The translations under genes and the position numbers were made by a program. The notes beneath the pieces were generated by a model, which ran no database searches, was not told the origin of the DNA, and worked only from the letters and a program-made list of their open reading frames with translations. A stretch of 64,000 bases of DNA, taken from contig NW_027117353.1 of the NCBI RefSeq assembly GCF_038025025.1, positions 558,001 to 622,000 on the forward strand, read 5' to 3'. This DNA comes from Phyllosticta citribraziliensis (taxonomy: Eukaryota). This document shows, in pieces, positions 13,143 through 26,630 of this stretch; the stretch's first letter is position 1; each line of letters begins with the position of its first letter.

Positions 13143-13537
13143 ACCGTTAATGCGAGGTAATTTGGTCGGCTGATGTGGCCTCAGTGAGACAAGGGGCGGA
13201 TACCCCTGAGACGTCCACTTCTGTAGTCCGTGGGCCGACTGGAAGATAGGAATTCGAATTGCAGCGCGAGGAGTCTGTTATCTAGACAAAAGGCCTGCGA
13301 ATCCAATTGCTCAAATTCCAAGAGAGCGGCGATTGGAGTTGCTACTCCGAGACCATGCTGGACAAAACAGGTCGGAGTGAACGCGCAGCCCGGAGCAAAG
13401 CGATGAAGTGGGAATCTGATGAAGGTAAGCTAGCGATTGTGTAGCTCCGACTAAATGACCTAGTCCTTCTTTGATTCGACTGTTGCAGCTGCTTGAAGGC
13501 TCGTGGCTTCTTGGCAGCTTGGAGGGAACTTTCTTTT

Positions 13538-15094
13538 TCAGCGATACATGTGTCCATCAAGATGATCTGGAAAAAGCCTAAAAACATCTCCTTGCACTAC
13601 CGTCCCTATCACCTGTTGATGTACCTGCTGATGCCTTTGCATTTTTACAGTAAAGAATGCTCGGGCATACAGGACAAGGTAGCTTGTGAGCAGTAGCGCT
13701 ACTGAAGCCACTACCCAGACCCAGATGCTCACGTTACTAAGCCCCTAGGTAGACTTTAGCGGTGATTAGATCAGTCATGATAGTGTTTAACTTACGTGTA
13801 TATTCATGCCAAATATGCCGGCCACGAATGTTAGAGGAATGAAGAAAAAAGCGAGCTGAGTAAGCTTTGTTACTTCCTCAGCTTGTTTGACGGCTTTGTT
13901 GCTTTCAATGATGCTCGCCGTACCCACCAACGTGCTAGTCACACTTGTGAGCGCGTTGGTAGTTGATTCTAAGTGGCGTAGGCCATCCTCAACCCACTGC
14001 GCATACTCAACGTACGCTTCTTTCATATCCTGTCCTTGACTTCTGATCAACTGGCCCGTGACCGTCATGTATCGAGCAATATGCCGTTTAAAGTCGAGCC
14101 TGGAATATAGTTTTGATCGAAATACCCCAAGAATAGACTGCCAAACCATCATGGAGAGGATAAGCAAGCGCTTGTCCCCCATGTCGACGTCCGTTCGGGA
14201 AAGAAAGCTGTCCAGTCGGCCAAAAAATTCTCGCTCACGTTCCAAGATAATCCAGAAGAACCGGCTCTCAAAACATCCGAAAAGCTCCGGTCCAGAGACT
14301 GATTGGCCGTCAAGCTTGGCCATATCCGCAACGAAATGTCGCATTGTGATTTGTGCGTGCTGCCTCTTCTCCCTCTCGCGTTCTCCTCGGGCTTCAATCA
14401 TATCGTTGTCGAAAAGAATAACCAATATGGTATGAGGTAGCCGAAGGAAGTGTAGTTGTTGACTCTTGTTATATTCCACAGCGATGCCCCAGATGTCTAG
14501 GTGGTGCGTCAACCATGAGTTAGAAGTTGACCCCTCAACCTTACCCTCTGAGTCCATTCTGTAAAATTGAGCTTTCTTCATTGAACTTTCTCGCATCCAA
14601 CTTGGGCGGACGCTTCCACCTTGAGATAGAGTATAGAGAGGTTCTTTGATCAGCTGTTGTAGAATTTCTTTGTCCGTCGCGTGTAGAAGTTCGCGTTGAA
14701 ACAAGTAGTTCTTCAAGTGTCGATTCACCGCACAATGGCTGTCCGTCTTAACGATAACTATCTGCAGGCTGTCATCATTTCCCGCCTGTTGAGTTTTCGA
14801 TCTTTGGGAAAAGTCTTCCAGAGTACTGAACGTCGTTCGGCGACAGCGGCTATTTCCATCTTGGTCTTCGACGAGTTCAAGGATGCAGACAGCTGCCGTG
14901 TCGTGTGATGAAGTATCTGTACCGTCCAAGTTCTCGGAGTCGTCGTCTCTGGTGGTGCTTTCGACTGGCTGAGAGTGATCCGTCTGATCCGAATCGGTGC
15001 GATTCTCGTCGGGCATCGGTTCGATGTTGTCTCCATTCTCAGGCTCGGGCCCTTTTTCCAAATCCTCGACTGGATCCATGCCAGTTGTTCGCAT
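13538..15094 (-). CDS. CorA-like membrane protein, tandem copy 3
   Basis: Exon 15094-13796, intron 13795-13745, exon 13744-13538; QAEEVTKLTQLAFFFIPLTFVAGIFGMNIH|GLSNVSIWVWVVAS. Confidence 0.85.
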
Positions 15095-15837
15095 GGCGAA
15101 AGGCCTGAAAACGGTATCACAAATGTCCAGCTCGCAGTGGCGGTTTCCTGTGGTCCGCGTCCATTGGACTCAGAGAAGGCACATGGCTTGAGGTTCGTGA
15201 TGGCGCTCTTGAAAAGAGTGGACCGGGAGCCAGGTTTGGGGTTGCGAAAGGGCTTCGCGAGGCTGAAAATCGACGAAAAGCTGTTTTCAGCCGCCGAGCT
15301 GGTCGCAATTGCTGACGGCGCAGCTTGCAGCGGTGAGTCCCGTCACTTGCTTGCTATCAGCAGATTCTGGCGATCCAATTGAGAGTGTCGATTAAGATAC
15401 AAGGACCCATGGAAGAAAGCTGCGCGATACGCTGCAGCTGATAGTGGGGGCGGATACGTAAGCGCCATGCTCATGCAGTGTTTTCCAGATTTTTCAGCCC
15501 GCAGTCGGCAAGACTGCCGTCCAAGGCGATTTCGTCTTCCAGCCTTTTGTAGCGAGGCTGGCTTTTGAGGGGCCAGTGTGGCCACCATTTGAAAGGATGG
15601 GTCAAGGCTCCTTGAACGTTCGCAATTTCTGCAACCCCTGAGTGGAGGGAAGGCAAGAAGTTTCCTTTCGGGGGCGCGGGCCGAGGGACGTATACAGGGC
15701 AACTTGAGTCGAGAATCGGACTTCGACCCAAGAGGGAATGAATGCAGTGCTCAATGCTTTGGATTATGGAAATCTACAAAAGGTGAAAGACAGCGAAGTT
15801 AAATGGAAGTCTAGTCCATATCCCAATTTCGTCCGAC

Positions 15838-17485
15838 TCAAAGATTTCGTAGGTCTCGTTTGATCGAGAAGTATAGCGTCTGGAGTACAGATATGAGCTC
15901 AAGGACCCGCCCAACCTCTCCAAGGCCAAAGACATCCAGCCCGCCGCTTCTGCCAATAATAAAGCAGGATGTTGGAAGGAGCCAGATCGGTATGGTGAGA
16001 GTGATGAATGCGATCTTGAGGATTTTAATAGTCCTTCGGGGATACAGGACCAAAATAGTGATCGATAGAAGCACGATGGAAGTGACGGCCCAGACCCATA
16101 TGCTCAAATTTGCAAGCTCCTGGACACATGTTAGATGCTGAAATAGAAACTGGAATGTCTTAGAATCGACCGACCTCTAGATTCATGCCGAACAACCCCA
16201 CGACAAATGATAAAGGGACGAAAAAGGACGCCAACTGAGTCAATTTAGTAACCTCCTCGGCTTCTCTAATTGCTCTTGTACTTTCGTTGATGCTCATTGT
16301 TCCGATCAAAGCAGTGAATGTAGATTCGAAATGGCGCAGGGTGCCATCGAGCTTTGAATTGAAATCATCAAGGGCATCCTGTTGTTGCGAAGGGATTCCA
16401 CCTGGAGTTCCTGAACGCTTTATGATACGCTCGATTTGCCGTTGGAGGTTGTGTCTAGAGAGGATGTGGCTGCGCCATTCTCCCATGTTCTTTTTCAGTA
16501 AAGCCATCTTGAGCTGTAGGAACTCACGGGTGTCACGAGCTTTGAAAAGGAACCCCACATCTGGAACACCCATATTTGGAAGTCCCATTTCCACGTCAAT
16601 CTTTTCGAGCTCTTTCTCAATATGTGTGAGAATCTCACACTCATAGTCAAGTACACTCTGGCAAGTCTCTTCTTGGATGAACCGGATCAGTTTAGACTTG
16701 GACGGAGTTTGGGTATTGAGTTGTGCCAAATCTGATGCTAGACGCTGGGCAATGGTTGTGAATCGCGGCCGTTGAAACTCAGTGGTGACGAGAACCACAA
16801 TGTTGGAAATCCAGAAACACCAAATGTGCTCATAACTTAGTGGGCAAGGGGTGTTGAGAAAGCGGTAGAAATCCTGTGTATTTTCTGTTCTGCCCGCTTT
16901 GATCATGTCCCCGAGGAGGTCGTCGATTCCGAACGCGGTTCTGGTCAATATGAAAGGAATGTTCTTCCAACCTAAGTGGAAGCAGTCGTCGGCGCTTCTT
17001 TCAATAATCGACAACGGCGGGTCTACCACTATTGCACAAAGTGCCTTGATCTCCTCCTGCGGCACTCTACGGGTCTGTAGAAAAGTTTCGAGGCATCTTT
17101 CAGGAGGTTGACCGCGCAAAAGCAGGAGATGCAGATTTTCCTGGATTTCTGCCGCATTTGACGTCTCTTTGACATTGGCTGTGTCGAGCTGGTGGGTCCA
17201 TTCGCTCGAAGACTGAAAGGAAGTCGTGTGCAGGTCGACTTTCCCATGCTGACTTTTGACGTATTCGAAAATCCAGGCTTTTGGATTTCCTGCATCACTC
17301 GCGCCGCTATAGTCGTCGGACGGGAGCTTGATGGAAGAGAACTGGTGATTTGCGCGGTCCTGGTCTGTGTGGCCTCGTTCTGTATGTTCCTGATCGCCGG
17401 CAGTCTGCTTTTGTTCTTCATCCGGATCAGGTCCGCTGCTGCTTTGATTCCGGAGGCCCAGTTCAGGGTCGCTGTTTGGACTCAT
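15838..17485 (-). CDS. CorA-like membrane protein, tandem copy 4
   Basis: Exon 17485-16175, intron 16174-16120, exon 16119-15838; EAEEVTKLTQLASFFVPLSFVVGLFGMNLE|ELANLSIWVWAVTS. Confidence 0.85.
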
Positions 17486-17990
17486 GGTCGATTTCCAGCG
17501 GCTGCAAAGACTGCAGCAGGCGTGATCCTTGACACTGAATCGGTGGGCCACAGGCGAAAAGATGTTGTCGCTTCGCGAGGCTAAATGCAGGGCGTGCGGC
17601 ACTTATCTACCCTTTCCACAAAATCTGTTGCTGTTAGGGAATGGCTGATGGCGCCGCACGGCAGCATTGCCGACGTATTGTCTGCAAGTCCAGGCGGCTG
17701 GCCTCACGGTGCTTCCCGAGTCCCATCGAACAGCATAGCTGTGACGTTGAATGATTGGCTTACCGGCGTCTGTTGCTGAAATGGGGGCCATGATTGTCGA
17801 TGCCACTGCACTGCCGACGCATTTTCTGCAGATTGAGCCAGTCAATTTCCGAGAGGCGTCCTTTTGAGTGGCTTGCGCATCGATATGGCGGCTTGCCTCG
17901 TGATTCAAGTGGGCAAGACAGATGTTGAAGCCTTCAGTTCTGCGTGGTTGCAGTGAGTGTCCAACAAGGGCAAAAAGCAAAAAGAAATCA

Positions 17991-18098
17991 TGACTAGGGT
18001 GCGATTCGAACGCACGCGGTTTCCCACTACGGGCTCAGTTCTAGCCTGGAAGAGCTAGCACCTAAACGTAGCGCCTTAGACCACTCGGCCACCTAGCC
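17991..18098 (-). tRNA. tRNA-Leu(TAG) with 28-nt intron (18033-18060)
   Basis: Reverse complement reads GGCTAGG-TG-GCCGAGTGGTCTAAGGC-G-CTACG-TT-TAG-G[intron]C-CGTAG-TGGGAAACCGC-GTGCG-TTCGAAT-CGCAC-CCTAGTC-A, with a downstream T-run. Confidence 0.95.
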
Positions 18099-19349
18099 TG
18101 GATGATGCCGGCATCTCATTGAGACACGGCGAACATTGTCGAGATTGAACCGAATCGAGCAGCTTATAAACAGGGCATGCTCCGAACTCGCCCTCGCCTC
18201 CCAATATCTCTTCGGCACTCAGTTTGATTTGACTTGATGTCTTCGATATCTTCGAGAGAGAGGGAGATCCCAGACGATGTCGGCAAAGGAGCGTCAATCT
18301 GCGAGTGCCTTGACGAGATGCGACCGGGGGAGACAAGAGACGCCGACGAAACCAAGCGGAGGGGAACGGGTCAAAGCATTGTTCCGGAGCGGTGAGAGCT
18401 GCGCCAATCATGTCTCAGGTTGCGGAGAAGTGGTTGAGATGCTATCAAGCCAAAATTCGATCCTCACGAGTCAGCTGTGGCTGTGACCAATGCTTGGTCG
18501 ATGCGACTGCAAAGGATACCCGGCAACCCTATATTTAAACATGGCAAAGGCAGATTTGGTTGGAGGTTTGCCATGCTATTCCCGATCGCAGGCGGATGTC
18601 GGGAGAGCGGGACAGGGAAGAGAGTCTGCATGGATATTCGAGTTGCCTTCTTTGGACCATCAGCGCTCGCTGCGGAGGCCGTACGGTTGACTGTCCAGTG
18701 GATCATCTCTCTAACCAGAAGAGAAACGGAAGCAGTCCGCGGCGAGAAGCGTTTGATCCGCGCATGTTCTGGCCGACATTCATCGTGGTGGTCGATAGCA
18801 TTATCTGCATGTCTGGAGCGTAGTTGCATCAAGATAGACCGAGTCAGGGTAGATGTCGAACACGAAATGCTAATAGTCGGCGGTTCCTAGCCGTCTGACG
18901 CGTCCTGGAGCAGAGGATCAAGACCGAAAGCAGGCTGGGGTTGGCGCAAAGCGGCAAAGGCTGGAGATGATGCTGGAGACGATGCGGGCGACGGATTGGG
19001 GCGCCATTCCATTCCGCAGCTAGTTTCTGGCCCAAGACGTGAGTAGTTTCGGCGACTTTGCGGAGAAGCAGAGGAAAAGGTTGGTCTGCGGGCGGGGGAG
19101 AGTCTGGAGGTGATGGATTGCGGTGCGGCGGTGCGGCGGGGCAGCGTTGCGCGCGGGTTGAGCGGCGGGACCCGGCAGAAAAATCGCATCTCAAGCAAAC
19201 ACTCGTCTCTCTCCATCTACTCCTCGTAACCCTCCGCCATTCTCTCCTCCAAACTCTTCCTCCGTCCTGCTCGCCGTCGCCTCTTGCCACTCGTCTTTGG
19301 CTCTTGTCGTCCCCTATCTCCCCGCTTCTTCACCACCCCACCACCCAAA

Positions 19350-20531
<1,182 letters not shown>

Positions 20532-23500
20532 GCCGAGACACGCAAAGCGTTGCCGGATGCGTCGAGATTGGACATAGATGGAGGGCAATGGATGTCTGTG
20601 AAGAAAAAGCATATGACGACTTGTACGGCATGTCATGTGAAATGGAAATGCAAATAGCGGAAATGAAGCATGTGTGCACGGCCAAGACTGCTCAGTTCGT
20701 GTGCTCAAACCTTTGGTGCTGAAAGACGCAGATGCGGGAAGGATGGCGTTCAAATGAGATGTGATGGGTGTTGTGCTTGAAGCACAAGACCCAGCTTTCA
20801 ATCAAGGCTAAGTCCAAAAGTTGTGAGCAAACCGCCGGTGCTGACCACCCAGTGGATTCTACAGGACGAGCTCAGTCGCTCTCCGCACACTTCCATCATC
20901 AACCAGCGCCGCGCCGTCTTGTCATCTTCAGAAAATGCTGTCCATCATCAACCTCAAGTAGACGATGCCAACACCGTGTTGACACGGAATGCAGAGCTTC
21001 CCGCACTCCCTGATCCCATATGGACGCAAGACGCAAGGAAAGAACAGTAAGGCCGTTTTGGAACAGTGAAGAGCGAAGAAAGTATCCGGAACGCGAGGAT
21101 ATTTTCTCTTACCGGAAGAGCAGAGCGGCTGTTGGACCTACCCCAGAAGCGTGGGAGAGGGAAGCCTTTATACACCTTCACCTCCCAATAGCCTGTACGC
21201 TACTTCGCCGGCATCACTATCACAGGGACAGCGCGCGGCCCTGTCAAAAGTCCAGGTGACGCACTGCCGCATGTGGTCCAGCTCAGCCCCTGCACGCGCT
21301 CAGGACTTCCTGATGCCTTGCGCCTGTGACTGGCCTGTGCTGCCTTGCTGGCGGGCTGTAGAGCAGTACAAACACCGCCCATCTTGCTCCGCTTCCACTT
21401 CTCACTGCACAGCGGCGCCGGTCTGTGGCTCGACGCCAACCGAAGCAGGCAAACCAGTCACTGGTGGAGTATGGTGCATCGATTCTGAGTACTGTGGAGG
21501 ACGGACATGGGAAGCGCTCAGCGCGTGTCTAGAGTCAGCCGGCTTCATATATCCTTACTCTGATGGACAGCTTCGTTGTGCAGTGCTGCTGTCGACCCAG
21601 ATACGGCAATGGTGAGATGCAGCATTGACGCATCAACTTTTCTTTTGGGATTAAAGCAGCGGTAGTACGAGTGTATCCTGACCAACATGCCGGAGCACCG
21701 CCCATCCAACCACTAGCAAGCCTTGCCAGTCAACCAGTCTGCAGAGCCTCGATGGGGTATTAAAACCCCTAGGCTTCGGCTCCAGCTTCTCACAGTCCGA
21801 CAAACGCGTCCTCACGGCAACACCGTGAGCTTTCGGATGTTGAAGACTCACTCGTGGAGAGAGACCACGAAGAGAAATCTAGCACTGGACGGTGCGTTCT
21901 GTGTTTGTTCAAATTTCTCGAATCCGCGGAAAGGAGTCCGGAGTCTGACGTAACCCGCAAGTCCGCACAACAAAGCCTGTCATCGCGATGCAGTAATAGT
22001 TCAGGGCATCATTAAGACACGCCACACTCACTACACCTCGATCACTCTGCCCAAACAGCCAAGCAGCCGAACGACGCGACGCAGCTGGACCGAGACAAAC
22101 GACCGCACGCGCAGTATGTAGCATATCCCCCACATGCCACGCAAGTATCCTGGTAGACTGGTCGCTGGAGCCATACCAGCGTTGGCGGAATGCGTGCTGG
22201 CTGTAGTTGTGGGGGAAAGAGGTGAGCCTTTATACCCCTAGATTTGGACTTAGGGGCTACGGCGGAGGCAGGTGCTGCGCTTTGCGGCACTCACATGCTC
22301 TCTTGCGAGTCACATTGCCTTCGCTTTGAGCCTCTGACGGCCTGTGATTGCTGTCGTAGCTTCGAGGTCCGTGCCGGCGGCTTGACGTATAAAAGCGGCT
22401 TTACTCCTCCTCTGGACTGAATTGTCAAGCTGCTCTGCTTAATGCCTTGGGAGCATGGAGTTAACATCAAACGCTTGAAACAAACCATAACAAAAGATTT
22501 TACTTTGTGCGGCGCGTCCCGGCAAAATGTGAGAGGGTGAGGCAGAAGAATGCCCCCAGCCTCACGTCTTACAATGACGTCGCTCGTCAACGCCGTCCAA
22601 CGGTGGACATAACCATCGCCCTCCCCTGACAAAGAGGACCATTGCAGAGCAACACCACTATGGGTTCCCGGATTTGACAGCGCACACGCTTAGCTCAGGG
22701 GAAGCCACGAAAAAAGGAAACCCCTCGCAAGAAAAGAAGTCTCTTCGATTGCGACGAGTTTTGCCACTTGCCCATAGGAAGCGGGTGAGAGGTTGACAAT
22801 CCAGCAGTCCTGGAGCTGCAAGAGTAGCGTTTTTATACCGCTCCCGCCTAGCACACAGACGCTGATCACGGACAAACCTTCGACTCACATGGCGTCCATG
22901 CCACGACACCGCCGCTGCTAACAGCTGCATCTGCGCGAGGGGCTAGCTTGTGACAGACTGCCTGTCTATCTCGTGCGCGTCCTTCTCCTCGTAATTTCTA
23001 CTTGGATAGGTATAAAAGGAGGCGCTCCGCTGTGATGAGTACCACATTCGGTGGCCAGGACAGCCTACGTTGTGAAAAACATCATGAGGAGTCTGACTGG
23101 TCTGCCTGTGTGTCTATTCGGATGCAACAACGTACTGCGTGGCGTGTGTGCTTTTGTGTCCTTTTGGGCAGCGCCGCGCCTTTCGCTTCTCTTTTCCTGT
23201 CAGAAGGCAGAGGCGAGATACTGCGAGGACAACGGTGGTTGGCACTATCTTTCCACAATGAAGGTGAGCTCCTCATGCTACGCTGACGCTGGAAACCTTC
23301 TTCCGTCGTCAACGGCAATCTCTGGTCAGTAGAATCAACCACAGAGGGACCACGGATGAGCCCAGCAAGGCGAACAAAAAGGCAAAGCCAAGAGTGTGTC
23401 ATGTGGTAGGTGAAGAGTTTTTCATACTCGCGATTTGCGAGAGGTGGGTGAGGATTCCTCGCCGCCAAAGCAACGGCTTTTATACCTCCCACCGTTACGC

Positions 23501-23807
23501 TCTAGCCGAGCACATGTCCCACACCGCGTCGTCACTTGACCGGCGTACGTAGCAGAAAGCTCGTGACAGCTCTATCCATGTCCTGCGCTTCCAGGTATGA
23601 AAAACGCCCTCCTCGCGCCCAGACCGAGACCCAGCATGTCCAGCATTCCATCATCTAGAGGCAGAGAAGAGAACAGAGACATCCTTCTAGAATCAACAGC
23701 AGCAACGACCCCAACACAACAACACGGGGACCGGCGACCTCCAAATCACCCCACAAGCAAGTCCGCCAAAAGTCTACTGTATAACGCAAAAACGGCGGTC
23801 AATCCCT

Positions 23808-23981
23808 AACCGCCAGTTAGCCGGGGCGCCGCGATACAGTATGACGCTCCTCGCCTGCGAATGATTCTGTCAGGCGCTGCCGAGAACGCTGGCGGTTGTA
23901 AGTTCGATCCTCGGGTCGAGCGGCAGATGTAGGGCACGGAATCCGGACCGTGTCTGAACTGTTTTGTCGTTTTTCTTTTTT
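23808..23981 (+). ncRNA. Candidate structured non-coding RNA
   Basis: 9-bp terminal stem AACCGCCAG/CTGGCGGTT enclosing two hairpins, followed by two further hairpins and T-runs. No family recognised. Confidence 0.3.
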
Positions 23982-25517
23982 GCCCGTCTGCGGTCTCTGG
24001 TCTGGCTGCTTCGCGACGACGCCTGTTGCTCACTTTGCTTTTATGGCTGCCGCGCGCGGAGTCAGAGAGTTGAACATCTCTTTTGGCACGTTCAGCATTG
24101 GGGAATCGTAATGCTCTCCACCGCTTGTGGTCCGCTGGGTCAAGGTTGTCGAACGATGTTGAAGCACGTTGACACTACTCCACGTGCCATGGTCACAATC
24201 CGGGCGAAGGATGAGAATCTTGATCCGGTCTGGGCCAGCAGGTGATGTGCGAATGCAAGGCTGGGTTGGTCAGAGGTAGAACGTCAATCCTTCTTTTCGA
24301 TTCCTCCAGCTATTTCATGGCAAGATATGCCGGTAAGGAGCATCAGGAACTGCCACTAAAGGGATCTTTCAAGATCCACCAAGTAACAGGACGGAGAGCA
24401 TGAACATGTACCTGTTGCACATGGACATGACAACAACATGTGCCAAATTCTTTCAACAGACATCAGACCCTGAAACACCCAACCAAAAGCAGACGCAGGT
24501 CAAATGCGCTGGAAGCCGAATCTCTGCACGACATGCCGACCATACGCGTCACCAAAGCCGTCCGTCCCTGACAACACTTTCGCTCTCGCTCTCGTTTAGC
24601 TACGAGCGAGGCTCGTACAGACACATCACCACCTCAGCCGCAACCGCAGCCAAACCAGACAAATGAGGAGCATCGCCCCGGGTTGGAGACATGTACCGAC
24701 GCCGTAAATCCGACGACGGCACCGGGTCGCGGATCCAGCGCGATCCGCTCGGGGTCCTCGACGTCTCTTGGTCTGAAGAGGCGAGCGGCCGTCGCCCGAA
24801 TGCTTTGGGCTTAGCTTGATGCACTTGTTTCCTCACGTCCACCGCGGCGGTGTCTGGGGGTTTGAAACTGTTGTGGGGTGGGGAAGGCAAGGGACGGATG
24901 CGCGCGGGGGAGTGCGGAAGGACATGTTTCTGTTGTTTGAGCTGGTCGAGAGGTGAAGTTGGGATGGCTTGCCTGCTGTCTTGTCGGGTCAGCATCTGCT
25001 GGTACACTAGTGGCGATCACAGCGGCAGAAGCGAGCGTAAACTCAGGGTCTTTTCCACTTGGGAAAGCTGCTTTCCCCTGGGCGCGAGCGGCTGTTCATG
25101 TTGTGTTTTGCCTCGTTTGCCGAGTGGTGTTGTGATGGCGGGACCTGCCAAGTCGGCAAGACTTGCAAATGCTGGAGGTGATTGGTATCGAAGATGTTAC
25201 TCGTGATACGGGAGCGAAGTCTGAAATTTGATTTCTTTTCTCTGTATAGCTGCCCAGACGCAGTTGATGGGTATGATGCCGAGTAATGTCGGTGTTGAAA
25301 ACCAAATGAGCCATCCGTCGAAAATACAACCAGCCCAGCCGACGCTGTTGAAATCAGCTCATTCAATGTTGAAACATCACGCCAATGCCATTCCCATTGT
25401 GAAACCCCACTCTCCCAATCCAAACGCCGTGCCGAAGTTGTTGAATCAGAGATCTTTCTATGGGAGCGCGTGGTCCCTGGTGTTGAAAAAGTCTTCAAAG
25501 GCGAATGTTGAGACGCT

Positions 25518-26428
25518 CTACACCTTCTTTTCGAAACCGTACCCACCTTTACCCTCGAAAGATTGGTACGTCTTACCTTGTCCTGACTGAGGATTCCGCG
25601 GGCCTCTCTCCTCAAGGTCTTCCTGCAGCCACTTGAGAACCAACTCTCCAAGCTGACTGTTGTTGGTGCGGTTGACAGCCGGCTGGTTGGGGTCGACAAA
25701 GGACTCGATGTCGCCCAGCTTTTTGACTTTGCCGAGGCTCATGTGAACGAGATGTGTCGGCCATTGCGCGAGGTTGTCGAGAATGTGGGTTGCGTAGACA
25801 ATTGTACATGGCCTCGTCTCGGTCTCTCTCTTGAGGAATTGCAAAAAGTTGCTGCGCGACAAGAGGTCGAGATCGACCGTAATCTCGTCGAGCAGCAGGA
25901 TGCTCCAAGGGCGGAGGAGGCCCATGGCCAGTTGAACCCTTCTGCGCTCGCCATCGCTGACCGTGTGCATGCGCCACCTCAGATCAATGTCCAGGATTTG
26001 CACCAATTCATCCCGGCGCTCGCTGTAGTAGTCTCCGCCAACCGAAGAGAGCAGGGTTGGCACGTCAATGTCGGTTCTTACGATGGGGTTGAGCACCCAT
26101 TCAAGGCCCAGGTAGGTGACGCCTTCGAGGCCTTGGGCAAACGGATCGACGCCGGCGATGGAGACGGTGCCGGCGGGGGCCATGCGCTTGCCGGAGAGGA
26201 GGCGGAGGAGGGTGGTTTTGCCAGCGCCGTTGGCTGAGGCGTGTGTCAGCATGCGATCTATCAAGACGGGTGACACAAGTTACCTCCTATGAGCAGGGTA
26301 CGACTGCCCGGAGGGAGATTGAGAATGACGTCCTTGAGACCGAGCGACCCATCTGGAAAGGCGTAGTTCAAATTCTTGACGCCGATGGAAGGGGCGACGC
26401 CATTGGCGACAGCGCTGGAGTCTCCCAT
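25518..26428 (-). CDS. CAF16: CCR4-associated factor 16, soluble ABC ATPase
   Basis: Exons 26428-26284 and 26234-25518; Walker [11 protein letters not shown], signature [29 protein letters not shown]. Confidence 0.93.
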
Positions 26429-26630
26429 CTCGACAACTGAAAGATGGTGGTTTGAGAGGGCGAGTGCGCGAAGAACAAGGTGCGTTGACGTGATAAATCG
26501 TCGACGCGCACATCGGACCCTGGTCTCCCGCGCTATCGCATCTTGGGCAAAGCGCCCGCCGACCCAAATCCTTGTCCCGGCCTCGACCCAACAACACCAT
26601 TCATTTCTTACCTTACGACAACAACTGTCC

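Noticed and set aside
23030..23100. Box C/D snoRNA (GTGATGA ... CTGA)
   Set aside because: No clear terminal stem and no rRNA-complementary guide I could identify; such boxes occur by chance.
23803..23812. Telomerase RNA template (CCCTAACC)
   Set aside because: Only an 8-nt match, and no pseudoknot or other supporting element could be identified.
24600..25007. 135-aa minus-strand ORF
   Set aside because: No motif, ambiguous start and frame; cannot be supported.
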